From Chlamydiota bacterium (GTDB lineage: Bacteria; Chlamydiota; Chlamydiia; Chlamydiales; 2-12-FULL-49-11): 64,000 bases of DNA. The notes under the pieces were generated by a model that was not told the origin of the DNA, did no database searches, and saw nothing but the letters and a program-made list of their open reading frames with translations. Every line of letters starts with the position of its first letter. Position 1 is the first letter of the stretch. Location of the stretch: NCBI GenBank assembly GCA_947478685.1, contig CANJWO010000001.1:32092-96091 (forward strand), in the 5' to 3' direction. A program made the translations under genes and the position numbers. This document shows positions 8,080 through 17,472 of the stretch, piece by piece.

Positions 8080-9903
8080 ATGGATTCCATGTGGTCCTAT
8101 CCCGAAGAATTTGACGTCATTGTCGTAGGTGCGGGTCATGCCGGTTGTGAAGCAGCGTATGCAGCAGCTGGTATGGGAATGCGCACCTTACTCTTAACTA
8201 TAAATCTAGATGCTATCGCAAAAATGAGTTGTAATCCTGCTATTGGCGGGACTGCAAAAGGGCATATTGTCCGTGAGATTGACGCTTTAGGCGGCATCAT
8301 GGGCAAAATAGCCGATCGCACTGGCATTCAATTTCGGATGTTAAATCGTTCAAAGGGTCCTGCCGTATGGTCTCCAAGAGCTCAATCAGACAAACTCGCC
8401 TACAGCATTGAGATGACAAAGGTTTTGCAAAATAAGGAAAATCTTTTCCTTATGCAGGCTACTACCACCCGCCTTGTTATTGAGGGAGGGCGTGTGGTTG
8501 GGATTGAGACGCAAGAAGGGATTGGGTTCCGAGGAAAAAGTGTCATTCTCTCTTCTGGAACATTCATGAAAGGGATTATCCATATTGGTGATGTCAACTT
8601 TTCAGGCGGAAGGGCTGGAGACAGAGCTTCAATTGGCCTATCAGATCACTTAAGAGATCTTGGTTTTGATTTAGGGAGATTAAAGACAGGGACGCCACCA
8701 AGATTAAATAGTCGTTCAATCGACTTTTCTGTAATGGAAGAGCAACCAGGTGAAGACGATGTCTTTTTCTCTTTCAAAAGGGAGAAGAGGCTATTGCCAC
8801 AAGCCTCCTGTTATATCACTTACACAACTCTACCTACAAAAGAGATAGCCCTTAAACATCTCAAACGATCTGCAATGTATTCTGGAGCAATTACAGGGGT
8901 AGGCCCCCGTTATTGCCCCTCTTTTGAAGATAAGGTTGTCCGATTTGGTGAGCGCGATAGACACCAAATTTTCTTAGAACCTGAAGGTCTTACAACTAAC
9001 GAGATCTATGTAAATGGAATTTCAACATCTCTCCCATTTGATGTCCAACTAGAGATGATCCGGTCAATACCAGGACTTGAAAAAGCTGAGATTACTAGGC
9101 CTGCTTATGCAATCGAGTATGACTATGTGAAGAGCGGTCAACTTGGAATGACTCTTGAAACAAAATCTATAGAGGGCCTCTATTTTGCAGGACAGATCAA
9201 CGGAACAACTGGTTATGAAGAGGCTGCAGCTCAAGGTCTAATTGCAGGAATCAATGCATCTCTTAAAATTCAAGGCAAGCCGCCGTTTATTTTAAAAAGA
9301 TCTGAGGCTTACATCGGGGTTATGATTGAAGATATCATCTCCAAAACTCTTGAAGAGCCGTACCGGATGTTTACAAGTAGAGCAGAACATAGACTTTTAC
9401 TTAGACAAGATAATGCAGATCTACGCTTAGGCAAATATGCTTATGAATTTGGCCTTATTGACGAAGAATCCCAAAGAAGAGTTCTCCATAAAAAAGCGGT
9501 GCTCGAAGCCGAGTCTATTCGTTTAAAAAACACTACAAAACATATAGAAGGGAGGGTGATCTCACTTAAGTCACTCCTTTCAAGACCTGAAGTCACATAT
9601 CAAAATTTAATAAAAGAGATGCCCGATCACTTTTTTGATCACGGAGAGGAAATCAACACTCAAATCGAAATACTGATTAAGTATGAAGGGTATATACTGC
9701 GGCAAGCAAAAGAGATAGAAAAACTGCAAACTTTAGATCCGGTACAAATCCCGAAAGATTTCGATTATTCTAAAGTGCTTAGCCTAAGTACTGAATCCCG
9801 AGCAAGGCTGAATAAAATTAGACCTGAAAATCTAGGGCAAGCCTCTCGTCTAGAAGGGGTTTCAATTGCAGACATATCAATTCTATTAATAGCCTTGAAC
9901 TAG
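8080..9903 (+). CDS. mnmG: tRNA uridine 5-carboxymethylaminomethyl modification enzyme MnmG (GidA)
   Basis: 607 aa. FAD-binding [15 protein letters not shown], plus GPRYCPS and [16 protein letters not shown] motifs. Confidence 0.95.
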   Translation: MDSMWSYPEEFDVIVVGAGHAGCEAAYAAAGMGMRTLLLTINLDAIAKMSCNPAIGGTAKGHIVREIDALGGIMGKIADRTGIQFRMLNRSKGPAVWSPRAQSDKLAYSIEMTKVLQNKENLFLMQATTTRLVIEGGRVVGIETQEGIGFRGKSVILSSGTFMKGIIHIGDVNFSGGRAGDRASIGLSDHLRDLGFDLGRLKTGTPPRLNSRSIDFSVMEEQPGEDDVFFSFKREKRLLPQASCYITYTTLPTKEIALKHLKRSAMYSGAITGVGPRYCPSFEDKVVRFGERDRHQIFLEPEGLTTNEIYVNGISTSLPFDVQLEMIRSIPGLEKAEITRPAYAIEYDYVKSGQLGMTLETKSIEGLYFAGQINGTTGYEEAAAQGLIAGINASLKIQGKPPFILKRSEAYIGVMIEDIISKTLEEPYRMFTSRAEHRLLLRQDNADLRLGKYAYEFGLIDEESQRRVLHKKAVLEAESIRLKNTTKHIEGRVISLKSLLSRPEVTYQNLIKEMPDHFFDHGEEINTQIEILIKYEGYILRQAKEIEKLQTLDPVQIPKDFDYSKVLSLSTESRARLNKIRPENLGQASRLEGVSIADISILLIALN

Positions 9904-9988
9904 CAACTTGCGTTAATAGCATTTTCTATGCATAACCAGATCATCAGGGTGTGGACACCCTCAAACTGATTATTGTACTGACTATCAA

Positions 9989-10849
9989 ATGGTTGAAGAA
10001 AACAGACCTCAAAATCCGCTCATCTTACTTATTACTGATTCTTCCTACTATCCTGTCTTTTTTCGTCATCATCTTATAGATTATCAAACTTCGGTAATAC
10101 CCTCATCATTCACCATTAAAGAGATCGAAAAAATATCTCCAAACTATATAGTAATTGATGATCAAAATCTTAAAGATTCTATTTTAACTATTTGTCTAAA
10201 AATTGGAGAGCAGAAGAGCTTTCACCACATTCCCCTCCTTGTAATTTCGGGGAACCTAAAAAAGCCCTACCTCAAGCAATTAACAGAGCTCGGTGTAAAC
10301 GGAGTAATTCAAGAACCTCTTAATGCAAGCGATTTAATCACCCAAATTACTAGTGCCAAGCAATATAATAAGGTCGAAGAGAAGCTTGATTCAATAGCAT
10401 TCTCAATTATTGAACATTCTTCTTCTGCAGACCTTAGGCAAAGACCCCTTCTAAATAAAAATCTCCTCGATCCGATATACAAAACAATTAAAGAAAAAAA
10501 AACACTCTCACTTCTTGCAGTAGCAATTGAGTACAGTGACAGGCACGAATTTACAGAGCGGCAAATCACAGAAACAATCAAGCGGGTGATAAAAGAGAGC
10601 TCTCCTCTCCTCTCACTCGGTGGTGGAAAATATCTCCTCGTCCTTGATCAAACAGGTTTAAAAGAAGCTACCTTTATTGCAGAGACTCTAAGAGATGTAA
10701 TTGATCACACAATGCACATAACAATTGCTATTGGAATTAGTAGCCAAAAAAAACCCCCATATGCAAATATCCACGATATGATCTTTGATGCAAAAAAAGC
10801 CCTCCTTAACGCCCAAAAAAAGGGGACCTCAATTGAAATTTCTCTTTAG
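9989..10849 (+). CDS. Receiver-like domain fused to a degenerate GGDEF domain
   Basis: N-terminal half shows the REC pattern (LLITDS.., NYIVIDDQ, PLLVISGN) but has QEP where the conserved KP Lys sits. C-terminal half shows the GGDEF pattern (LSLLAVAIEYSD.., SLGGGKYLLVL in place of RxGGDEF, ITIAIGIS, FDAKKALLNAQKKG). Confidence 0.7.
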   Translation: MVEENRPQNPLILLITDSSYYPVFFRHHLIDYQTSVIPSSFTIKEIEKISPNYIVIDDQNLKDSILTICLKIGEQKSFHHIPLLVISGNLKKPYLKQLTELGVNGVIQEPLNASDLITQITSAKQYNKVEEKLDSIAFSIIEHSSSADLRQRPLLNKNLLDPIYKTIKEKKTLSLLAVAIEYSDRHEFTERQITETIKRVIKESSPLLSLGGGKYLLVLDQTGLKEATFIAETLRDVIDHTMHITIAIGISSQKKPPYANIHDMIFDAKKALLNAQKKGTSIEISL

Positions 10850-11291
10850 CCTATTATTTTTTATTCAGCTAATTTTCATACCTCTTGCAGCCGATGATCA
10901 AGGCCCCCTCTATTCAGAACAAACTGCAGGATCGTTTAAGCAAGAAGAAGCTACTACAAATGCCGGTGTCTTTAAGGACATATCTAATAATCTGGCTAGC
11001 AATGCCGGAACAAATACAGGGCCAGGCTCTCAAAACAGCGGCACATCTGATGTGATGATTGTTGATCCTAAAATTGTCTCAAAAGATTGGCACGATGCAT
11101 TTAACTCACTAAAATCAAAAAAACTAAGCGATATTATTTTTGTCTTACGCGACAATTCTCAAATTGCTGACGTCTCCGATGTCGAAGTTTTGCCAGGCGG
11201 CTATTTGATGCTCTTTTCTCTGAAAACAGTTCAAGGTCTAAAATATAAAATTGTAAAAACAAGCGACATCACCTCAATCTCCTCCAGATAA
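10833..11291 (+). CDS. Hypothetical secreted protein
   Basis: The track ORF starts at 10785 with a 65-nt overlap. In-frame TTG at 10833, after GGGGA, gives the signal-like MKFLFSLLFFIQLIFIPLAADD. No family recognised. Confidence 0.55.
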   Translation: MKFLFSLLFFIQLIFIPLAADDQGPLYSEQTAGSFKQEEATTNAGVFKDISNNLASNAGTNTGPGSQNSGTSDVMIVDPKIVSKDWHDAFNSLKSKKLSDIIFVLRDNSQIADVSDVEVLPGGYLMLFSLKTVQGLKYKIVKTSDITSISSR

Positions 11292-11375
11292 CCCACTTTA
11301 CATACTTAAAATCGATGCAACATATTGGTAATAAAAAAATTTCTTGCTTACCCTGAGCTTGAATAAGGCAATAGC

Positions 11376-12071
11376 ATGACTGTTAACATATTAACATTTT
11401 ATAATTTAAATATACTCGAGCAGTTGCGCATTGAAGAGGGGTTGCTGCGGACGGATCGGGAGAATTGGGTTCTTATTAACATAGGCTCTCCAAAGGCGAT
11501 AGTTATGGGGATCTCTTCAAAACCGGAAGAAGTTGTCAATCTACCTCTCGCTTTAAAAGATAATCTTCCACTTATCCAAAGATTTAGTGGGGGTGGCACT
11601 GTAATTGTTGATGAAAACACCCTCTTTGTCACATTTATTTTTCAAAAAGAGGCCCACAACTTTGATCTTCATCCAAAAGCAATTCTTGAATGGGCAGGAT
11701 CTCTATTCAAAAAAGGACTTAACCTCCCTGAATTCTCAATTCAAGGGAATGACTTTGCCCTCCAAAATAGAAAAATTGGCGGCAACGCCCAGTATATAAA
11801 AAAAGATCGTTTCCTTCACCACACATCCTTCCTCTGGGACTTTACCCCATCCAACATGTCCTACCTCCTCCATCCACCAAAGGAGCCGGCCTATAGACAA
11901 GGACGCCCCCATCTCGATTTCATCACACCCCTCTCTCCCCATCTCTCAAAAATAGAATTTGAAAAGAGACTTATTACATCCCTTTCATCTACCTACACAA
12001 CAATACTAAATCCTCAAGTACCCTACTTTCCTGAACACCGCATATCAACTATTTTATTCACTGAATTATAA
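11376..12071 (+). CDS. lplA: Lipoate-protein ligase / octanoyltransferase family protein
   Basis: 231 aa. RFSGGGTVIVDENTLFVTFIF and KIGGNAQYI (catalytic Lys context) are typical of the BPL/LplA/LipB catalytic domain. Confidence 0.75.
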   Translation: MTVNILTFYNLNILEQLRIEEGLLRTDRENWVLINIGSPKAIVMGISSKPEEVVNLPLALKDNLPLIQRFSGGGTVIVDENTLFVTFIFQKEAHNFDLHPKAILEWAGSLFKKGLNLPEFSIQGNDFALQNRKIGGNAQYIKKDRFLHHTSFLWDFTPSNMSYLLHPPKEPAYRQGRPHLDFITPLSPHLSKIEFEKRLITSLSSTYTTILNPQVPYFPEHRISTILFTEL

Positions 12072-12154
12072 AGGCTCCATAAAGACAAAGTGATTGCAAA
12101 TTAATTTAAGTCTCTTGTATGCTTCGTGCATTCAACTAAATTACGAGGAAATAT

Positions 12155-12517
12155 ATGTCATCTATGTCAGTTTTTAATTTACCCACAACAGGAAGAGATT
12201 TTATTGATCTTCAATTAGGGCTATATTGCGTTCCTCTTTTAGGCGATATTCTTCGAATTGCAATGGTAGTGAATACATTCAAAACATTATCTCTAGTATC
12301 TGAATTATCACCAGATGATGTTAAATCGACTCGAATCGACATCGCAAAATGGGTAATTGGAATGATTCCAGCAGCTATCATTGGCGCTATCTGTCCAATC
12401 ACAGGTATAATTTCAGTAATTGTAGGCCTAGCCGCAATTTTTTCTACACTGGCTGAGCAAACTTCTATTCTTACTCATAAGACACTTGAAGGTCGCGTGA
12501 CATCCCCTAGTTTTTAG
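12155..12517 (+). CDS. Small membrane protein, paralog 1 (Inc-like bilobed hydrophobic domain)
   Basis: 120 aa. LGLYCVPLLGDILRIAMVV and DIAKWVIGMIPAAIIGAICPITGIISVIVGLAAIFSTL are both conserved in the next ORF. Confidence 0.65.
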   Translation: MSSMSVFNLPTTGRDFIDLQLGLYCVPLLGDILRIAMVVNTFKTLSLVSELSPDDVKSTRIDIAKWVIGMIPAAIIGAICPITGIISVIVGLAAIFSTLAEQTSILTHKTLEGRVTSPSF

Positions 12518-12556
12518 TAGGCTTTTTTAAAAAACAAATATATTAAAAGGTGAATT

Positions 12557-12967
12557 ATGAATTGTCCCGAAATGTTAAGATCAGCTTTCACAAATTTTAG
12601 CTTTACAACACCCTCAGATAAATTTTTGGATGGAAGAACCGTCCTTTATTGCATCCCTGTTATACGTGATATCATGAGAATTGCAACTGCATTCTCAAGT
12701 ATAACCCAGGAAAAGACTTCTTCAGATGCACTTCCTAGCGACTATGAAGTTAAAAGAGATTGGAAGGATATTGCGAAATGGATTGCAGGTTCTTTTGTAG
12801 CAGGCATCATCCCTATCTTTTTTCTCCCCTATATCGGAGTAATTAGCGCAGTAGCAACCCTATTTGCTTTAATTGCAACAGGATATCAGCGAAAAGACGA
12901 CTTCCGCACTTTGACCCCAGGTCGAGTATTGGACCTCTGGAACGCAAAAGCTCCAGGCGCTGCCTAG
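12557..12967 (+). CDS. Small membrane protein, paralog 2 (Inc-like bilobed hydrophobic domain)
   Basis: 136 aa. RTVLYCIPVIRDIMRIATAF and DIAKWIAGSFVAGIIPIFFLPYIGVISAVATLFALIATG align with the preceding ORF. Confidence 0.65.
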   Translation: MNCPEMLRSAFTNFSFTTPSDKFLDGRTVLYCIPVIRDIMRIATAFSSITQEKTSSDALPSDYEVKRDWKDIAKWIAGSFVAGIIPIFFLPYIGVISAVATLFALIATGYQRKDDFRTLTPGRVLDLWNAKAPGAA

Positions 12968-13731
12968 GTTTCAGGTAGCCCGATAGTGATGTTGAAGAAC
13001 TCCTTGGTCGTATCACCACCCATTTGAGCAATCGATTGGGTGAGTGGAATTTTCTTAGGGCAGACCGCTTTACAATTTTGAGAGTTTCCACATTCGGAGA
13101 CCCCCCCTTCACCCATGAGAATTTTGAGGCGATCTCTTTTTAGCACAGCCCCAGTAGGATTTGCATTGAATAATTTAACCTGATTGATCGCGGCAGCGCC
13201 GATAAATTTGGAATTCTTATTGATTTGTGGGCAGGCCTCTAGACAACAGCCACAAGTCATACAGGTCGATTCGACATACATCGCCTCTTGTTTTAGAGGG
13301 GAAATTTTTGGACCAAATTCATCTGAATGGTATTCGTCTATAGGGACCCATCCTTTTATCTTCTTGAGGCTTTCAAACATAGAGCTTCTATCGACAACGA
13401 GATCTCGAATGAGGGGGAATTTTGAGAAGGGTGCGAGGGTGATTATCTCTGATCCATTCTCAAAGATGAGATTTTCAATGAGGGCTGAACAGGCTTGTCT
13501 CGGGACTTTATTGATAATCATTGAGCAAGAGCCGCACACTTCTTCTAAGCAGGCCATTTCCCAAACAATCGGCTCAACTTTCCTCCCCTCTTTTGTAACA
13601 GGATTTTTCTGAATTTCCAGAAGGGCTGATATGATATTCAGGCCGGGCTTTCGGTCGAGCTCAAACTCTTCCCAGTATTGTTTTCTCGGATTGCCTCGAT
13701 AGATCCTTAGAACAAATTTACCTTCTTCCAT
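12964..13731 (-). CDS. sdhB: Succinate dehydrogenase/fumarate reductase iron-sulfur subunit
   Basis: 255 aa with three Cys clusters (CLEEVCGSCSM; CMTCGCCLEACP; CGNSQNCKAVCP). Confidence 0.92.
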   Translation of the reverse strand: MEEGKFVLRIYRGNPRKQYWEEFELDRKPGLNIISALLEIQKNPVTKEGRKVEPIVWEMACLEEVCGSCSMIINKVPRQACSALIENLIFENGSEIITLAPFSKFPLIRDLVVDRSSMFESLKKIKGWVPIDEYHSDEFGPKISPLKQEAMYVESTCMTCGCCLEACPQINKNSKFIGAAAINQVKLFNANPTGAVLKRDRLKILMGEGGVSECGNSQNCKAVCPKKIPLTQSIAQMGGDTTKEFFNITIGLPET

Positions 13732-15628
13732 AATCCTTCTCCGTGACTAAAGGAATGTTACATGGAATATTCTCCAATTTTGGTGTAATCCTTTTTGCCT
13801 TCGTATAATCCCTTTTTACTGGGGCCAAGTGTCTAATGTCAATAGGAAGATAGGAAATTTTTGGCTCCCCGGAATTTGGCTCGTAAGTTGCGACCGTGGT
13901 TTTTAGCCAATTTTCATCATCTCTCTCTGGAAACTCTCTTTTATAGTGCGAGCCTCTAAATTCATCTCTAAGTAGCGCCCCTTTAGTAATCGTCATTGCT
14001 ACATCGAGCATCGGCCCGAATTGATTTGCAAACTGGTAGGTCTGGTTTAGATGAGCCCCCTTATCATCGAGAGATATCTTTTTAAATCTCTCTTGAAGCT
14101 CTTTGATTTTATCAATTGATTCCTTCAACCCTTTATTACTTCTAACAACAGTGCAATTTGAGACCATCATATTAGCAAGTTCGTCATGAAGGGCGTGGAC
14201 ATTCTCTGTTCCACTCCTTCCCAAAAGATCTTGTTTAATCGCAAGCTCTTTAGCTTCAGCCTCTTCAAAGCACCTTCCACTGATATCATCGTACCGCTTC
14301 TTCAAATCATCAATGAACCAGTACATTTCATTTGCAGCTACCATGCCACTATAAATGCAAGAGAGGAGCGAGTTTGCCCCTAAACGATTTGCTCCATGAT
14401 ATTCGAAATCGCATTCTCCAGCTGCAAAAAGGGCTGGCATATTGGTCATGTGGCGGTATCTTTCGAACCTGTCAGGATCACAAGTTGCAGGCCAATCGAC
14501 CCAAAGTCCTCCCATCGTATAATGGACTGCAGGGAAAATTTTCATCGGAGTGACCCTTGGATCATCCCCCGTAAATTTTTGGTAGATGTCTAAGATTGAT
14601 TCAAGCTTATGATGAGTCTTCCCATCAAGATGGGTCACATCTAAATAGACCTGTTTTTTCCCATCGATACCAAGACCTGCATCGACAACTTGTATGATAT
14701 ATCTTGCTGCAACATCGCGCGGCACTAAATTACCAAAAGCAGGAAAGAGCTCTTCAAGAAAGTACCACGGCTCGCCAGTCTTGCCGCAGACTACCTCTTC
14801 ACCATTTGGGCCAACTATTTTTTTTGTCTCATTGCCAATAACCCAAATTCTCCCCCCCTCTCCTCGTGCCGACTCAGACATAAGGCGGAGCTTATCATTT
14901 CCAGGTATTGCAGTTGGATGAATTTGAATGAACTCCGGATTGGCAATATTTACCCCTTGCTTATAGAGCCTCCCATTAGCAGCGCTTGTACAAATAGTAG
15001 AGTTAGTGGAATATTTGAAAATTACACCGAGGCCACCCGTAGCTATTAACACAGCATCCGCCCTAATTGTAGTCAATTTTGCGTTATATAAGTCCATGAT
15101 CACAGCACCTCTACAGATCCCATTTTCATCAACCACTGCTCTTAAAAACTCGTGATGTTCAAATTTTTCTACTCTCCCTTGAACCTCAAACCTTCTCACT
15201 TGCTCATCTAATGCATAGAGGAGCTGTTGGCCAGTTGAAGCCCCGGCAAATGCAGTTCGTTTATAGAGAGTCCCGCCAAATCTTCTAAAATCAAGACTTC
15301 CATCCATTTTTCGATTAAATGGAACACCTATTCTATCGAGCATCCGAATCAGCGCTGGACCATTATAACACATCTCAAGAACAGGAGGTTGATCTGCTAA
15401 AAAATCGCCCCCCTTAATCGTGTCATAGGCATGAATTTCTGGAGAGTCTTCTTCCCCCATCAAATTGACCGCAACATTGATCCCCCCTTGAGCGCAGACA
15501 GAATGAGATCTCTTCACTTTAACAAGTGAGATCAATTTTACATTGACTCCTAAGTCACCTAAGCGCATTGCAGCACTTAATCCCGCAAGTCCTCCACCGA
15601 CAACAACTACTTCTTTTGGTCTCGCCAT
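13718..15628 (-). CDS. sdhA: Succinate dehydrogenase/fumarate reductase flavoprotein subunit
   Basis: 636 aa. VVVVGGGLAGLSAA dinucleotide fold, RSHSVCAQGGI (FAD-linking His context), HYTMGG. Confidence 0.95.
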   Translation of the reverse strand: MARPKEVVVVGGGLAGLSAAMRLGDLGVNVKLISLVKVKRSHSVCAQGGINVAVNLMGEEDSPEIHAYDTIKGGDFLADQPPVLEMCYNGPALIRMLDRIGVPFNRKMDGSLDFRRFGGTLYKRTAFAGASTGQQLLYALDEQVRRFEVQGRVEKFEHHEFLRAVVDENGICRGAVIMDLYNAKLTTIRADAVLIATGGLGVIFKYSTNSTICTSAANGRLYKQGVNIANPEFIQIHPTAIPGNDKLRLMSESARGEGGRIWVIGNETKKIVGPNGEEVVCGKTGEPWYFLEELFPAFGNLVPRDVAARYIIQVVDAGLGIDGKKQVYLDVTHLDGKTHHKLESILDIYQKFTGDDPRVTPMKIFPAVHYTMGGLWVDWPATCDPDRFERYRHMTNMPALFAAGECDFEYHGANRLGANSLLSCIYSGMVAANEMYWFIDDLKKRYDDISGRCFEEAEAKELAIKQDLLGRSGTENVHALHDELANMMVSNCTVVRSNKGLKESIDKIKELQERFKKISLDDKGAHLNQTYQFANQFGPMLDVAMTITKGALLRDEFRGSHYKREFPERDDENWLKTTVATYEPNSGEPKISYLPIDIRHLAPVKRDYTKAKRITPKLENIPCNIPLVTEKDYGRR

Positions 15629-15631
15629 TAT

Positions 15632-16624
15632 CTATCCTAAAAAGTAGGTTCCCCAAATTGACATCATTCCTAAAAGACCTAAGACAAACATAAGGCCAAC
15701 GCAGACTGTGACACTTTTAGACTGAGCTTTTCCTGATAAAATCAGACCCCATGTAATTAAAAATGTCCAAAGACCATTAAATCCGTGAAATACTGCAGCA
15801 AGGACAAATATTGTGTAAAAGGCACACATCCATGGATTTCTAAACGTCTCTCTGACACTGATTAGCTCCAAGTTTCCAAAGCTTTTTGAGACAGCCATAA
15901 CTTGATTATTTTTCAATTTTCTGCTCTCAAGTCCCTTCACATGCTCTTTTAAAAAGTCACTTTTATGTAGACTCTGATAGATCATCCCCATCTCAGGGTC
16001 GTATTCTGAGATCGAAGAAAGCTCCTCTTTCCTCTCTTGAAGTCTACTTTCAACAAGCTGAATTTTCTGTTCAATCTGAGTTAGCTTTCCCTTTTCCATT
16101 TCAATTGCATCGGTGCAATAAAGCTCAACTCCCAAGCGATTCGCAAGCCCATAGAGGCCTTGATCTAGTCCAACTGCCAAGTAATAGTTATTCTGATATT
16201 TGTAAGGATAGTCGACAACTCTCATCTGAACTACATGAAGGACAATACCGATTAGGAGAACCCAAGCGCTCATCCTTTGCATCGTATAAGCCTTATTTCT
16301 ACCCGTTTTGATCAATGGAGTACTACCATCAGATTTGAACGCATTCGACTTACTCTTCATCATGTACATAACGCCCCAAATCGCATGATAAGCAATTGGC
16401 ACGCCGAGCAACACAATTTCAATTACATTCAAATAGGGAAGATTCCTCAGAAAATCGACACTCCTCACAAACCACAAATCACCATTGGTGAAAAATAGCG
16501 CCATCTGCGAATTTGTAAATAGATGCTCCATTAGAAAAATCAGAAACCAAAACCCCATCAGAGAATGTATCCGCCTAAATAAAAACTCTCTTGGTGCCTT
16601 TATACTTTGAATCGCCATAGTCAT
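15632..16624 (-). CDS. sdhC: Succinate dehydrogenase cytochrome b subunit (single large dihaem type) with a long hydrophilic insertion
   Basis: 330 aa with five hydrophobic helices. Four candidate haem-ligand His (MEH, AYH, LHV, FHGF). A coiled-coil-like insert of about 110 aa lies between helices 3 and 4. Position is upstream of sdhA. Confidence 0.8.
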   Translation of the reverse strand: MTMAIQSIKAPREFLFRRIHSLMGFWFLIFLMEHLFTNSQMALFFTNGDLWFVRSVDFLRNLPYLNVIEIVLLGVPIAYHAIWGVMYMMKSKSNAFKSDGSTPLIKTGRNKAYTMQRMSAWVLLIGIVLHVVQMRVVDYPYKYQNNYYLAVGLDQGLYGLANRLGVELYCTDAIEMEKGKLTQIEQKIQLVESRLQERKEELSSISEYDPEMGMIYQSLHKSDFLKEHVKGLESRKLKNNQVMAVSKSFGNLELISVRETFRNPWMCAFYTIFVLAAVFHGFNGLWTFLITWGLILSGKAQSKSVTVCVGLMFVLGLLGMMSIWGTYFLG

Positions 16625-16681
16625 CCCCCTAGCTCCTTTTTCGCCATGATATCTTACAGTCGCATATATATTGAATAAAAT

Positions 16682-17458
16682 TTAAATATTAAAAAAGTCG
16701 CAGGCATTTTGTGTAGTCACAGCACAGACTTCTTCAAGAGAGATCCCTTTGACAATAGCAATTGTTTCTGCGACTTCGCAGACGTTTGCTGGTTCATTGA
16801 TTTGGCCCCGCTTGGATTGGGGAGCAAGATAAGGCGAGTCTGTTTCGATGAGTAGTCTGTTTAGAGGGAGCTCTTTGATTACATCACGCAAGCCGGAGCT
16901 TTTTTTGAATGTGGCGATGCCGCTGATTGATATGTACCAGCCGCGTTCTAGGCAAGCTTGAGCTTGGATTAGATTTCCAGTAAAGCAGTGAAGAACGGCC
17001 CGGATATTTTGAGGAAAGGTGAAGAGATCAGAAAATGCATCGTCGCCACGGCAGTGGATTACAACGGGAAGATCTACTGATAATGCTAAATCGAAATATC
17101 TATTAAGAAACTCTTTCTGTACATCTTTCTTGGAATGTTCGTAGGTGTAATCGAGCCCGACTTCGCCGACAGCAACAACTTGCTTTTTTTTAATCGCCTC
17201 CGCAAAGTAGGAAAAGTTTTCTTCCCCCTCTTTTTCAACATCGTGAGGCGTTGTTGCAACTGTATTAAAAATCTGGTCTGGATATCTTTTTTGCAGGTCT
17301 AATCCTCTATCAAAGGTTAGGCGATCAGTATTAATATTGACGATCTTTGACACTCCTGCATCAAGCGCCCTTTTAATTATTACATCAACATCGGGATATA
17401 GCTCTTCAGAAGTTATGTGGGCATGTGAATCGATCTTGACAAACGGCTCTTTTTTCAT
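16682..17458 (-). CDS. tatD: TatD family metal-dependent hydrolase/DNase
   Basis: 258 aa. DSHAHI, GEVGLDY, HCR, ETDSPYL motifs. Confidence 0.88.
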   Translation of the reverse strand: MKKEPFVKIDSHAHITSEELYPDVDVIIKRALDAGVSKIVNINTDRLTFDRGLDLQKRYPDQIFNTVATTPHDVEKEGEENFSYFAEAIKKKQVVAVGEVGLDYTYEHSKKDVQKEFLNRYFDLALSVDLPVVIHCRGDDAFSDLFTFPQNIRAVLHCFTGNLIQAQACLERGWYISISGIATFKKSSGLRDVIKELPLNRLLIETDSPYLAPQSKRGQINEPANVCEVAETIAIVKGISLEEVCAVTTQNACDFFNI

Positions 17459-17472
17459 GTATGAATTAACCT

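Noticed and set aside
10785-10832. Long form of ORF 10785..11291 starting MMQKKPSLTPKKRGPQ
   Set aside because: It overlaps the preceding gene by 65 nt. The TTG at 10833, after GGGGA, yields a clean signal peptide. The choice of start remains uncertain.
14186-14921. Four 65-75-aa plus-strand ORFs inside sdhA, and similar antisense ORFs inside mutL, pepF, mnmG, tolQ, sdhB, sdhC, gspD, gspF, topA, rpoD and the MORN gene
   Set aside because: All are antisense to, or out of frame with, long ORFs that carry strong family motifs. Their peptides have no motifs. They are typical shadow ORFs.
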